Source of the DNA: Rhizodiscina lignyota
Taxonomy: Eukaryota
Length of the DNA stretch: 64,000 bases
NCBI GenBank assembly: GCA_010015805.1
Contig: ML978122.1
Coordinates: forward strand, 1,832,453-1,896,452
Reading direction: 5' to 3'
The notes below the pieces were generated by a model. It did no database searches. It saw nothing but the letters and a program-made list of their open reading frames with translations, and was not told where the DNA came from. The position numbers and the translations under genes are program-made. Numbering within the stretch: position 1 is the stretch's first letter; each line of letters begins with the position of its first letter. Shown in pieces: positions 35,101 through 45,855 of the stretch.

Positions 35101-36533
35101 AAGGAGAAGGTAGCGACGTGGACTTGCCAGAAGGGTTGGACAAGGAGTTGTTGTCACCTATAGAGTCTCCCGATATCCTCGAACTGCCCAAGCATGAAAA
35201 GACTTCAATAATGAAGATGCTCCGTAACTTCTGGTCAGAACGATCAGCCAGCGGTTGGACACCACTTGAGTATCCTCTTCTGCCGAGCGAGCACGTTTGG
35301 GAGAATTCAGACGTAATTGTTCGCGAGGATGAACCAAGTTCTATCATCGCTCTTGCCTTGTCAGACGGCGATTACCTTGCAAAATTGCGGGAGTTCCGCG
35401 AGAAGGCGTCCACAGCAAAAGAGAAGTCTACTTCAGTATATGGTGACGATAAAGAGCATGTCGAAACTCTACCTCTCGAAGACGACGAAGCTTCTATCGA
35501 ACGAAATCTGCTGAGCCCGGAGCGAACTCATATCATATATGCTTTCCAGTATCACGGAGTCAAAGCTCGCTGCAAGATTTTCTACGCTGAATCATTCGAT
35601 GCGCTGCGCAGGAAGGCTGGTGTCGCTGACCGCTTTGTGGAGTCATTGTCGCGATGCCTGAAGTGGGACTCCAAGGGCGGCAAGACCAAAAGTCTATTCC
35701 TCAAGACCATGGACGATCGATTTGTTCTCAAGTCTCTGTCGCAGCCGGAGGTGAACGCATTCTTTAAGTTTGCACCGAACTACTTCGCCTTCTCTCACCA
35801 GATCCTCTTCAAAGGACTCCCGTCTGTGATTGCAAAAATGCTCGGCCTGTTTCAGATCACAGTGAAAAATCCAGCAACAGGTGTTGAATTTGACTGGTTC
35901 ATGCTGGTTATGGAGAATTTGTTCTACCACCGTGAACCAGACCGGCGCTTCGATCTGAAGGGCTCCATGCGGAACCGCAAGATCCAGAAGACGGGAGAAA
36001 GAGACGAAGTGTTGCAAGATGAGAACTTGGTCGACATCATCTTTGAGAATCCAATCTTCGTTCGCGAACACACCATGACCCTTCTTCAGGCATGCGTGTG
36101 GAATGACACACTTTTCTTGTCGCAACAAAATGTGATGGATTACAGTATGATGGCTGGCTTTATCGACGATCGTTTCGAAATCGTCGTTGGCATTATTGGT
36201 AAGTGGTGTACTCCAACTATCTCCGTTATATCCGTGCTAATTCAGTTTCTTTCAATAGACTGTATTCGAACATACACCTGGGACAAGAAGCTCGAGACGT
36301 GGATCAAGGATCGCGGCAAGAACAAGCCTACCATCACTTCGCCGAAGGACTACAAGAATCGTTTCCGCATCGCGATGTCGAAATATATTTTGCTGGCTCC
36401 GAATTGCTGGCACCACTTCTCTGTGCAAATCCAGAAGAGGCCACTGCAGCTTGACATGCGGACAGAAGGGCAGGAACCGGAGGAAGGCAATGTGCAGATC
36501 CCAGCGCTTGGATCTAACGGTCCCGTATCATAG
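29154..36533 (+). CDS. FAB1: 1-phosphatidylinositol-3-phosphate 5-kinase Fab1/PIKfyve
   Basis: FYVE finger (WMRDE..CFYC..FRRKHHCRTCGQIF), chaperonin-like domain (DIRHYVKLKKI..GVVFTKNV) and PIPK domain (GGKTKSLF, FDLKGS, VMDYS, GIIDCIRTYTWDK). One 60-nt intron at 36199-36258. Confidence 0.97.
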   Translation: MAPKAPPGGPGHALPSVQTNRSYDRRGSFGSISSRRLPNSEALASTLDHIHTNASQSEALTTFAEYAPPPRSAAGSEAKTLAGELVQGGISGLYSRLKASVGSSKESGVGSPTATTKSVDSGDDASVKSLKLKLGHKSTTSVGTIESSPVVVSPQPSQLKSPASSKFPEGQLSTGRLLPASSSASLKSGSSVIDHASPVSSRPQSRPASSSVDLSNEPIPARHVGGVQKTSENIPTIDTPKTSNTLGERPAIPNTSSKVKDADLSIDTKSGSSRLSKDQIGESETPIGLPTPKILRTGEAPLSRVSSKVSESSTLASPVSGALSVDSNTRMGSIDAELGAELTRSETTERPPLLHVSQSHLPGYRASRATSSDGDMSSVTTVAASRQATPVTTAEAAKLRSELAKAADQNVGQMRSRLLAKEFWMRDENAKDCFYCGDTFSTFRRKHHCRTCGQIFDAKCTSTIPGKIFGIGGTVRVCIPCEHIIDGTEDDSSIYSEEDDIYSIPGDSHSPVDEHAREQPADMGTPTIGIPVSRKSADQTKRRSAVLEFDGQPTLARPSSSRSLRSLSGRPHTPHKRHHSRHMFTRGMKSSNIDRAPFQGQDSEGAGKDSLLPAFHHDNIIDPDLAPFLSDEGSSDDETVSLFATLDGDKPQSPARVDGDKSGFNALFSSLRKGKSRGDRSHTGASHGGRDTDAASISSRHLTHHHSRKRNVSVNSISHARHSPRRTKSNSLLKGFPMPFGSSLALPLEPDSPIIRPHSSHSRITRSASMRGESAPPVELNHASLQHVRKMLKQMLQDGDIPSARSWERALMPILLKSTNEVNPDIRRRDFIDIRHYVKLKKISGGKPGDTTYVSGVVFTKNVALKTMPRSISHPRIIIVTFAIEYARHQQHFMSLEPVIAQEKEYLRNLVRRIIAFDPQVLLVQKNVSGLALKLLAEAGIAVVYNVKRSVLNAVSRCTQTKLISSVDKLVFDPSQVGHCGGFDVKTYVSDGIKKTYVWLSGCQADLGCTIVLRGAEKETLRRLKRITEFMCYVVYNLRLETYLMRDEFVLIPTTTTDGTISPSKAQMPLVRHNEDSLPALAAHAAVHIPPQETTGRKDPNYVQGVLLNSPSELPSSETSADPENSNTELVASPNEQGLTESGSLPSFYEDIVEKHKTKILSTSPFVKFMPPYLLMQAREQESRLTHLKQLRDQYKPELGPEKSNATNKFQLVQPEMVQGVVQKASKQVREFLYAVHDAEYDKAMHNYLTQKRQWESYLAGTINLFDPLSHQRIAFLYSMVNSQSTTPCIGPEIIALEFYNEQEIDEGFATDITLGQYVEDLIHGAGTICGINGCERNLFAHHRQYVHGPGQMAVYVQRHPPKLPGMQNTILMWSQCRICGQETQVLAMSDSTWKYSFGKYLELTFWSSELHPRANVCPHDIHHDHVRFFGLHGVVVRIQYDPIQLHEVVIPRSTITWKVDSDLKLKNEQYQRIKERLDRFMQSVKSRIKSIHVDGVLPEKMDPCRTELDRLTKAAQEDHEQLTKKLQEKYMKSRYYEIIPFNRAMRFMHEKAIWWDDEFAAFEKNFFPSEKDIRRLAEKQLRKLFIEKDESTTTIDSIEEEQNDQSEEMDIEPKQAPDIVHLQPSPSHLSAEDAESMLMTGLEKVNSQEGRPNETEVVLPPPIELKHSRASSDESNLSLEGATKIAGSPEVKHLDLAIPADHPSNPPSDVKESAFVPSRPAADAETRETCETSVSRTPTPTLSNLSDSDSLLAPPRDPNISKIPRLVDKALPTPPPLSRAHSQPSEIFRRQLSSNSIPAVSTGKTEALKMSLTEAAKGLEKRLTERLSGTLRAGRTASHSLIPRSVPSKQRFDTKVSTLARHFEQLSRELERERLRERRLRTERTRQARAYPLASSRPTVEVYPDAHQAVQGRVSPEDESLPESPARTSTETVAASIDQSISTDSTAGPTPTELEESHESAEHIEPEAPQPEEQTPTASDAEGEGSDVDLPEGLDKELLSPIESPDILELPKHEKTSIMKMLRNFWSERSASGWTPLEYPLLPSEHVWENSDVIVREDEPSSIIALALSDGDYLAKLREFREKASTAKEKSTSVYGDDKEHVETLPLEDDEASIERNLLSPERTHIIYAFQYHGVKARCKIFYAESFDALRRKAGVADRFVESLSRCLKWDSKGGKTKSLFLKTMDDRFVLKSLSQPEVNAFFKFAPNYFAFSHQILFKGLPSVIAKMLGLFQITVKNPATGVEFDWFMLVMENLFYHREPDRRFDLKGSMRNRKIQKTGERDEVLQDENLVDIIFENPIFVREHTMTLLQACVWNDTLFLSQQNVMDYSMMAGFIDDRFEIVVGIIGKWCTPTISVISVLIQFLSIDCIRTYTWDKKLETWIKDRGKNKPTITSPKDYKNRFRIAMSKYILLAPNCWHHFSVQIQKRPLQLDMRTEGQEPEEGNVQIPALGSNGPVS

Positions 36534-37033
36534 AGCTCGCAAATCGAAGATTCGAACTTATTTGAGAGCTTAAAAGTGGTACAGAAAGACTTGAGCATTT
36601 TCAGCGTGGCGTTGGTGGACATGTACGTGGAAGACACGATTGCATCAACATTGCTGCAAATGATTGCGCAATATGAAATTTATAGAAAACTGCCATTATG
36701 CATTTTTCAGAACCCATTTAATTGAGCACGTTGAAATGCGCTATGCAATGACAGTGATGTAGCTCGGCTTCAATGCTTGTCAACCCGGCTCGAACCAGCT
36801 CAAACCGTAACCAGTCGCTGAAAGAGAGCGCATCTGCACCGTAGTCAAAAGTACCTATTCCTTAATATTATCGGAATTGACTGAATACAATGTCTGCTGT
36901 CGCTGCCTGCATCTCTGCCAAGCAAAGGTCGCACGTAGTGAGGGGTGTGGAGATTCTGTTTTGAACAGTCCAAACCTGGAACGTTTCTTGTATGTATTGC
37001 CTTTCTACACGTAAGTATTTAGAAGTATCGACG

Positions 37034-39729
37034 ATGCTTTCCCGCCTCTTATCTTCGACACTCGAGAAGCTCTCTATTAAAGACTCATCATCCTCGAAAT
37101 CTGACTTATCATATCCCACTCTCACTTTCCCTCCACCATATCCAGCGGGAACAGGCACTGGTTCACTATGCTCACGATGTCTTACTCTCCTCTCACACGT
37201 TGTCTCGCAATTCGGCGATGTGACCGGGTACAAGGACCTTGTGATTCCTCACTCGTCATCTATGTCTGACCTCTTGGGATTACATCAAGGCAAAGAAAAT
37301 CGTAAGGCGCAGAATCATGAGGCTCTCAACGTCCGTAGCTCAAGCGCGAGCCAGCCTTGCGTAATTTGTGTCAAGATTATAAACCTCTTCGATGCCGTCC
37401 GGACACATGTATCATTCGAACCTTCGTTACGGAACACGCCACATAAAGAGTGGAGTTTGAGTTGGAGAGTCGACGCGCCAGATCCAAAGATCTACCCGCA
37501 ATTCTCATTTCCGCACAATTCAGTGAGCGTCCTTATGAGTATTGAACATAAGGGCGGATATGGATGGGGTATCGGTGCGTATATCTCAGCTGCATTACAG
37601 TAGCATATGTATGTGCCCGGCTGGGCCCAGGATCTAACACATCGACAGGTGGTTTTGACTTGCACCCCAACTACAATCTCCCTAGCGCAGCGAATGCAGA
37701 GCAGAAAAAGAACTTAGGCGACTATCCTATTATTGGCGCACTCGATCCCAAAACCGGGGTGACAGAAACTGAAACAAAAGCGCAGTCCGATATCGACTTC
37801 TCTTCCACACTAAGCACGGGGAGTCTGGCACTGATATCGTCCTGGAGGGAGGCATGTGCAGCATCACATTCGAAATGCCGCACGATCTTTGGAAGTAATG
37901 GCATTGGCCAGCCTGTCACAGCGTGGTTCCCAGACCGTCTCGTTCACGTAACACGTACGGAAAGCAGAGAGAGTGCAAAGCAGGCCCACCCCGGGAGCAA
38001 GCTTACAGCGCGCGTTGTGCTGAAGTCCAGCCCCGTGGATTTTCCTCCCGACAAAGTCACAGATGGCGTAAACTATATTTCGCTCTCCCACTGTTGGGGT
38101 CCAGCACCAGACCCATCTGCGCTGCTTGGTGGTCGTGCTGGTACAGTACTCACCAAGTCGAATTTGTCCGCGTGGCAGACGAACTTGCCACTTAACGATC
38201 TGCCTCTTACATTCCGGCACGCACTCCTGGTTTGTGCGTCTCTCGGCTTTGAATACATATGGATCGACAGCTTGTGCATCTTACAAGACAGCCTGGAAGA
38301 CTGGCACATGCAGAGCGCTGTAATGGGAGACGTCTACAAGTTTGCGTGGCTAAACGTTGCAGCTCTGTCCACGGCATCAGACTACGAAGGTTTCATCAAC
38401 GATACTCGTGATCGGCGAGTTGAATTCGGGTTCCGGGCACCATTTGCATCCATCCTTGGCCGTGACCAGGAGGAGAAGAATAGCAATGGCCAAGAGTGCG
38501 TCTTGCTCCGTGGAACGGCAAAGCTGCTGTGGAAATTCTCAGCTGATATACCGGGGAGCAACGCGAGAAATGCACCTCTCTTCAAGCGAGCCTGGGTGTA
38601 TCAGGAACGCAGTCTTGCCCGGCGCACACTCGCCTTCACTAAGAATAGTGTGTATTGGGCCTGTGATGAGTGCAGCTGGGGCGAGCGGCCAGACTGGGGC
38701 GTTGGAGGTCTTGAATCGGAAGGCCTACGAGGAACGTTGCATTCCGTGCTAGACACCCTCGCCACGCTCAAAGCAAGAAATGCCAGAGATGCCGCAGGAC
38801 AGGGACAAAGGATAATTACGCCAGAGCAAGGGCGAGAGTTGATCCAGGGCTTCGACCTTCGTTGGTACCTCAGCGTTACGAGTTACACACTGTGTAAACT
38901 GACCAAGCACACTGACAAGCTCATCGCGATTTCATCTGTTGCGCGGGAGTTGGCCAATTCGCGGCTGATAGGGAAGAGATACCTCGCGGGACTATGGGAT
39001 GTGAATTTGACGTTCCAAATGGCCTGGATTACTGTCGAGGGCAAAACCACCCCGCCGAAGAAGAGGGTTGCCGACGATGAATATGTTGCACCGAGCTGGA
39101 GTTGGGCAAGCGTTGAGGCACCGGTGCAGCCACGTTTTATCTTCAATTCCCGCAATGATATGATTGCACTGGCCGATGTTCGCGCCGCAGAAGTGTCACT
39201 GGAGACCGATTATGTCTACGGCTCTGTGAAGGCAGGATGGCTCAGGGTTTATGGTCGCTTGAATCGTATTAAAGCAGCAGGCTGGAAAGGGCATAATAGC
39301 TGGGACAAGACGACGAAAAGCGCTTACCTGACAGATGAAGCGACCGGAGAGACTTTGTGGTTCTGCTCCGATACTGTAGAGGGGTATCAGTTGGTGCAAT
39401 CCGGCAAGGGCATTGACAAACTAGTATGGATGCCACTAACCCTTCGATTTGGAAGCAACATGCTAGCCTGTACCTGTCTTTGCCTCATCGAGGCAGGAGA
39501 GCAGGAAGGAATCGGAACCGGGGATGGATTTGTGAAGCAGGACGAGAAAGTGTACAGACGGCTAGGGACTGGAGATTTTGGCAGACTGCCAAGTATGCTT
39601 CGACAAGACAAATTACTCGTGGGATTAGGAGCTTACCCCGATATCCAAGTGAAAGATGGGCAAGGACAAGAGCTGGCACAAGGATTCAGGAGAAATGAAG
39701 AGGAGCTTGAGGAATTCGTCTTGATTTGA
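37034..39729 (+). CDS. HET-domain (heterokaryon incompatibility) protein
   Basis: YISLSHCWG, LPLTFRHA..LGFEYIWIDSLCILQD..DW...SAVMGDVY, PLFKRAWVYQER, YT.CKLT..TDKLIAIS, YLAGLW and YVAPSWSWAS. A phase-1 intron at about 37575-37648 (GTGCGT..CTAAC..CAG) joins the upstream ORF. Confidence 0.92.
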
Positions 39730-41207
39730 GACAATAACGATGCGTTGTCTCCGCTCGCATCCACCTGAAAGCCTTCCACTGGCTATATCGTCTCCTTTCG
39801 AGTAGACGGCCTAGATGGGTACACTATCGATGATGACCTGCCCCTTTTGGCATGGATTTGGCATTTCTTCGAGAATTGAACACTCAAACGGCGACTTCAT
39901 ACCCCGGCTGGGAAAATACGAGGTCGCATTTCGGGCCGACCGCGACCCGTTGCTTTGAGACCTTGACCACGTTTCACGAATCACGAATCACGAGTGCGAA
40001 ATGATAGCAAAAGGTGTTCGGACTTCTTGAAGTTGCTTTCAGAAATCCTGTTTGAGGAGTTCACTTCTTTTTCCGGCTCTTTATTTATCTCAGGTCCCGT
40101 TGGTTGCTGTCCAACCAAACTTGGCACGAATGGCGTAAGACCTCGCCAGTCGCCTCGTGTTTCTCGCTAGCTTGAACGCCATCAACGCCACACTGATTCC
40201 GTCACTCGAGCAACTGTCTGTCTTGACGTGTCCTTTTGCTCGTCCGCAGAATGGATGCACGCATCTCTAGTTCAACCGCTTTCAGGCTTCATTTGACTCA
40301 AGTACCGACACTTGATGTTGACATGCCGAAATGCTCCTCCACGCGCTTTCACACTTCACCCTTATCCTTGAGAAGCTATTCGGAAGTCAGAATCAATATT
40401 CCAGACTCTCCGAAGATCGAGATATCACAACAACAGTCAAGTCGAGGCTTTTGGTAGGGTCCAACCGATCGAGTCATCCGAGTCAAACTTCATATGTTCC
40501 ATCTCGGGAATCGGACAGGCTCGATATGTCCGAATGTGGATTCGGGCCATGCACGAGCCATTATCAGAGAATACCTTTGTGATGCTCTTTTGGATGACTG
40601 ACTTACGGGCCATGGGAACTCTTGCGGCCTCCTTGGCTGGATGCCGTTGTGGCCTTTTAACGTGATCAACACAGACTGAACTCCCTAAGAAATCATCGCT
40701 AAAGGAAACAAGAATGCTCCCTAAATTCTGTTATAATCAGGCAGGCGCTCTGTATAAGTTATTCGTCTCGGTTGTGCGTCTCGGCCGCTGCAGTGTCGTT
40801 GCGGTTGGCTGATGGGCGCTTGTCGAAACTGCGCTTTCCAAGCCTCACCGCAATTGCGCAAATATCGATCCTGTTAGTAAGAAACCGTTCGTTGCCCTGG
40901 TATCCAATCCAAAAGCTTGTGTCCATATTGTCCAAAGAGATTCGTTCACAGCATTTAATTCTCCGCGATCCTAGCTCTATGCTCACCACCACGAGTAGCT
41001 GTTAAAAGCTCACATATACGTACCTGATCTTATCACTATCATCATTGTCACGATCTCTCAATCATTCGCTACATCCATCCTCATATCTTCATCTCTGACA
41101 ACTTTGATATTACTCCGTATCAGTCTCGTCGTCTCCTCTCCGAATCCCACATACTAATCCTGTTCTTACACTGGAACAAAACACAAACACAGCAGTACTG
41201 CTGAGTC

Positions 41208-43037
41208 ATGCTCATAATGTTTTCACAGCTACCGGTGAGCCTATAGTATTCACGTTGAGCTTGTGTTCTCTAACAGTTTGTAGATATCCGCAATATTGCT
41301 AATATCTACAATCACATCTGGGAGTCCCCTTCCCCAATATCCCCCATTCACTAGAAGATATGTTGACATTTATAGGATGTACATAGGAAACGGTAACCCA
41401 AGCGATGGGTGGCCAGAGATGAGCCAATGGGTACAAGAATTCGATATACTGTCTGAAACCTTTACTCCAACAATCTATATCAGATGCTAACAGTATTAAG
41501 ATTCAACGCAAACAAGCCGAATATGCTCAGCTCTTGCGCCCAATTCTCAGTACCAAACAACTCCGAAGATGAAGTACAGGCGATACACGACGGCATAGTC
41601 ACCGTGGCGGAAGAGTCAGGAGTCGACGCACGGTTCATCATGAGCATTATGATGCAAGAGAGTACAGGTTGCGTACGGGCACCAACAACAATCTGGAGCG
41701 TACGCAATCCGGGACTCATGCAAGACCACAACGGCACGGCGAACTGCAACACTGGTGTGGCTGTGCAATCACCCTGCCCTGCGTCCACGATCACACAGAT
41801 GATCCGCGACGGCGTCACTGGAACAGTCTGGGGTGCTGGGTTGCAACAATTGATCGAGAAGACGGGCTGCTCTACCGTTCAAAAATTCTACATGGCCGCG
41901 AGGATGTATAACAGCGGCTCCATTTCTGCAGGCGGTGACTTGGGCGCAAGCGAATCGACGCATTGCTACGCGAGTGACATTGCTAACCGGCTCACCGGTT
42001 GGGTTTATGCGGATCATGCTTGCTGCTTGAACACTGGCTGCTCACCTGGAGCTGTCACATACGCTTCTACGCCTTCGACAGGATGGTGGTCACAGGCTAC
42101 ACCGCCCACGAACTTCTCCAGTAATGCTGTACCGCTGACAGAGTCCACAACGTACACACCGAATCCACTGTGGGCTGTAACTTCAACCACAACAACTCTA
42201 GATGTCCCATCGTCGTTTGCAACCTCGAACACGTCCCCTTATGATGTTTATTGGACTGCGACTACATTATCGACACCCTCAAGCTTATCCTCATTGCTAG
42301 CCATGTCTACGACATCTCCATCTGACGTGTCATGGGCCGTCACGACGTGGACCTCAATTTCAACGACGTCAATTTCCAGTCCAGCCCCAACAAGCAACGT
42401 GGAAGTATCTTATTTGATTCCGACACCGATATCTGTACCTCCGTACGAGCCGATGGCGGAGGCCTTGAGCTCGTCTGGCTTGGCCGCGGCCTCTCCTGAC
42501 TTCACTTCCGTCGTCACTTCGATAAGTGAGATAGGCGTCGCGATGACGATGACCTCAACGCTCACGGAAGACACAACCACGACGATGATGTTTACGTGGC
42601 CTGGTAACCCGAGTCCAATGGTTCCGCGTGCATATGTTGATCTGGATACCTCTATGCAATTGAGCGCAACGACTGCAAGGCCAACGCCATCCACTTCGAC
42701 CAGACGATGGCCAGCGTTCTACAACTCGACGTCTTCATCGCCAACCGCTTATTCAACATCGTACGGGACATCATATGGGACATCGTGGTCGAGCTCTTAC
42801 GGAACCGCTTTGCCAACCTCCTCCGGAACATCGATTTACGGGACGGCAAGTGCAACTGGAGCTTCCTCGTCGCCAACTCCAACTCAGCCGTGGACATGGC
42901 CAACCCTTACTCAGACAGCGGCTCCAGGCTCGGAGAAGCACGACGCACATTGGGCGAAAGCCCCGAGCACAAAACCTAATTGGACGAAACACGGATGGTT
43001 TGGATCGTGGAGAGATGTAATTGGGGCTTGGTGGTAA
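41208..43037 (+). CDS. Secreted lysozyme-like (SLT/GH23-type fold) protein with a long Ser/Thr-rich stalk and Trp-rich C-terminus
   Basis: Spliced signal peptide MFSQLP|ISAILLISTITSG (ATG at 41208 or 41217). Motifs SGVDARFIMSIMMQESTG, NPGLMQ and AARMYNSG. Introns at about 41235-41284 and 41451-41500. Confidence 0.8.
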
Positions 43038-43563
43038 TATACAAGGGAGTTTTCGTTTATATGCATAGGGACAGAAAAGCGGCGTTAGAGGCGACAATTG
43101 GACTTTGAAATGGCGTTTGAGGATATAACAAGAGGGCGAGATACCTTGGGAGGAATCGTACATATTGAGAGGAGTCCTGTGGCTCCAGTAGAGAGCTACT
43201 TCAGGCTCTCACGTCCGAGAAACCAAAGCAACGGACAATGCAAACCACTTCAAATGTTCAAAGCTACACTTTACCTGGATACGCTGTATGGGCAGCTATG
43301 ATCACCTGTTGTGTTCGGGATCGACATGTGCCGCATCTTGGATTTATTGGTGTCAGGCGTTGCCCCCGGCAACCGGAATACGAGGGCCCCTGCATCAGAT
43401 GTTTTGAAAACTCCTCCACAACAGCTGCAGCTCCAACGCACTCGCACTCAACCCCATTGCTCTTTCTTTTCGTCGTCTTGCAGTATCATTAAATGCATAG
43501 CACCTACCAAACCCACCGAATACCTTTCTAGCACCCGATAGTCGCGTCCCAGGCGTAGCAACG

Positions 43564-45855
43564 ATGCCTCCGGTGACGCGTGCACGGGCGAAGGCCACCG
43601 ATAAGCCACAATCACAACCCAAATCCCCCTTAAAGAACATCCTCAAAGCTCCCGCGCGACGCGCCGCAAAAGCGAAAACAACCACTCCCACCACCTCTGG
43701 CGTGACGAAACCCACAAAGAAGGCTCCGGCAAAGACTGCTGCGAAGCCTGTAAGTGCTGTTTCGACTCAACTGAGTCTGCCGCGGCGCGGACTGCTGACG
43801 ATGGCCAAGAGGAGCAGGAAGGCGAAGGCTGAACTCGAACTCGAGAAGGCCGCGGAGCCGGAAGCGCACGCTCAGCCCGAGGTAGTACAAACAGCAGAAC
43901 AGATGGAAGGAGATCAAGTCATGGTCGACGCGCCTCTACAACCTCCAGAAGACGTTGCTTCTACCGACGCGATGCCTCCACCCCAGGTATCGATGGTACC
44001 GAGCCAGCAGCAGACACCAGTGCGCCCTTCCAAAATACCAAAGCCCTCGCCGAAGACGTCTCCTGCGATCAGCAAGCGTACCACACCGCCGCCTGGCAAT
44101 GATAACAGTCCATTGAAGCATCGCATTTCTGCTACGAGACTTGCGCAGACATCGGTGGTCAAGAAGGCCAGCAAAGAAGGACTGCTCAGCCGTTCGCCGC
44201 TGAAATCTTCATATCTATCTCTCCAGACTGTGCTCTCCCAATCGCCGAAGAAGACGCCAAAGGCAGAGCCTGAAAGTCCACGCAAGACTCCAAGGGCTTA
44301 TGACGCGACTGAGCCAGTCTTTAAGGCACCGACTCCGTCCATGGCAGACGACGACGACGTCTTCCAAAGCACTGCAAAAGTCAACATGTTCAAATCGGCC
44401 TCCCTCCTCTCTCCTATCAAATCCTCTTTCGGGTCTCCGCGCAAGCCGCCCACGAAAGAGAAATATCTCTCTGCGTCTCCGTTCCGCAAGAATCGCTCGC
44501 CGCAGCACATCAACCCTCCAAAGACCAAGACGCCTGCGAAGAGCCCTCCGTGCTCTCCCTCACTCATGGCAGCATCCATGATGCAGTTCAGCGAACTCTT
44601 CCCCGGCATACCAAGCTCGCCGGTCAGCTCTCCAGATCGTTCGATCTTCCAAGTCCCTAGCTCGCCGCGGAAACCACTTGCAGAAATGCCAACGCCTATG
44701 GTGCCTCCGCGATCATCGAGCAAGTCACCAAAGAAGCACAATGGCGAGCCTCTGGTGTCTCGAAGCCCGTCGAAAGTCCCAAGGTTGTCGCCTAGCAAGA
44801 GCTCACTCAGGTCGAATGGTAGTGGCTCTGCAGTACCAGTATTTGGCTTGGCTCCGGGCAAGACTATCCCTCCTACTCCGTCCAAATCGTCTCTACGCTC
44901 TTCGAAGGAGAACAACTACCCACCGCTCTCAACGAAGAAGTCAGTCACATGGACGGAGGAACTACCTATTCCACAGCCAGCGCATAACTTGCTGACCGGC
45001 TTGGTTTTCTACGTTGACGTTAGAACGGCTGATGGCGCAGATGCTGGCCACCTGTTCACGCCACTTCTCGTGGATCTGGGAGCGGAAGTCGTGCCCTCGT
45101 GGACAAGCAATTTCATGGACGTGACGCATGTGTTGTTCAAGGATGGGGACGATCGAACACTTGAAAAGGTGGTAGCGAGCGGCGGTATGGTCAGCTGTGT
45201 CAACGTTGGGTGGGCAGTTGAGTAAGTCCATTTGCTTTCTATGAAGCGATTGTTTGCTAATGACGGATGCAATAGCTGCGAACGTTTCAATTGCCGCCTC
45301 CCTGAATCTGACTATGCCATCGACCTTTCCCGCATCCCAGGCCAAACGCCTACAACATCTCCTGCTGCCACGCCAGCTCCAACACTGAAGACTCGTCCAC
45401 TCTCACCAACTTCGACGAATCATCCTCCAGCTACACCTGTATTCCCTCGCACCCCGGCTCAAGCACCAACGCTCGACATCAACAACAACAAGATTGCTAT
45501 CACAACACCGGCTTTCCTTGCTGCAGGCTCTAAGACCGTAGGTGCAAAGTCCACATCCGTCTTCAACGCCTTCACATCAACGAACCCATCAACTACTGAA
45601 GAGGACAAGGAGAATATTATGCCAGATGACAGGTCCAGCCCTGCGACGCCATACTTCCTGCACCCTGGAGAGATTGTGCAGAAGACATGTCCGCCAAAGG
45701 CCCATTCTGGGAGGGAGCCTGGCAATGTGTTTTTGCTTGAAGACGCAGATACCCCCTTCCGGCAGCGGTTATTGCTGGCGAAGAGGAAGAGCCTTGAGTG
45801 GGCACCGAAGATTGGAAGCCCACTGAGGAATTCGACTGGCGGTGAGGGATTCTGA
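43564..45855 (+). CDS. BRCT-domain protein with extensive S/T-P-rich disordered regions
   Basis: LTGLVFYVDVRT..G..FTPLLVDLGAEV..VTHVLFKDG..TLEKV...VGWAVDC. Intron at about 45222-45275. Many SPxK/TPxK sites. Confidence 0.85.

Noticed and set aside
37601..37603. Apparent premature stop or frameshift between the two HET-region ORFs
   Set aside because: It lies inside a plausible phase-1 intron (37575-37648), so the gene is probably intact.
39973..39993. Triple TCACGA(A) repeat resembling SCB sites
   Set aside because: Too short to distinguish from slippage, and not positioned clearly at a promoter.
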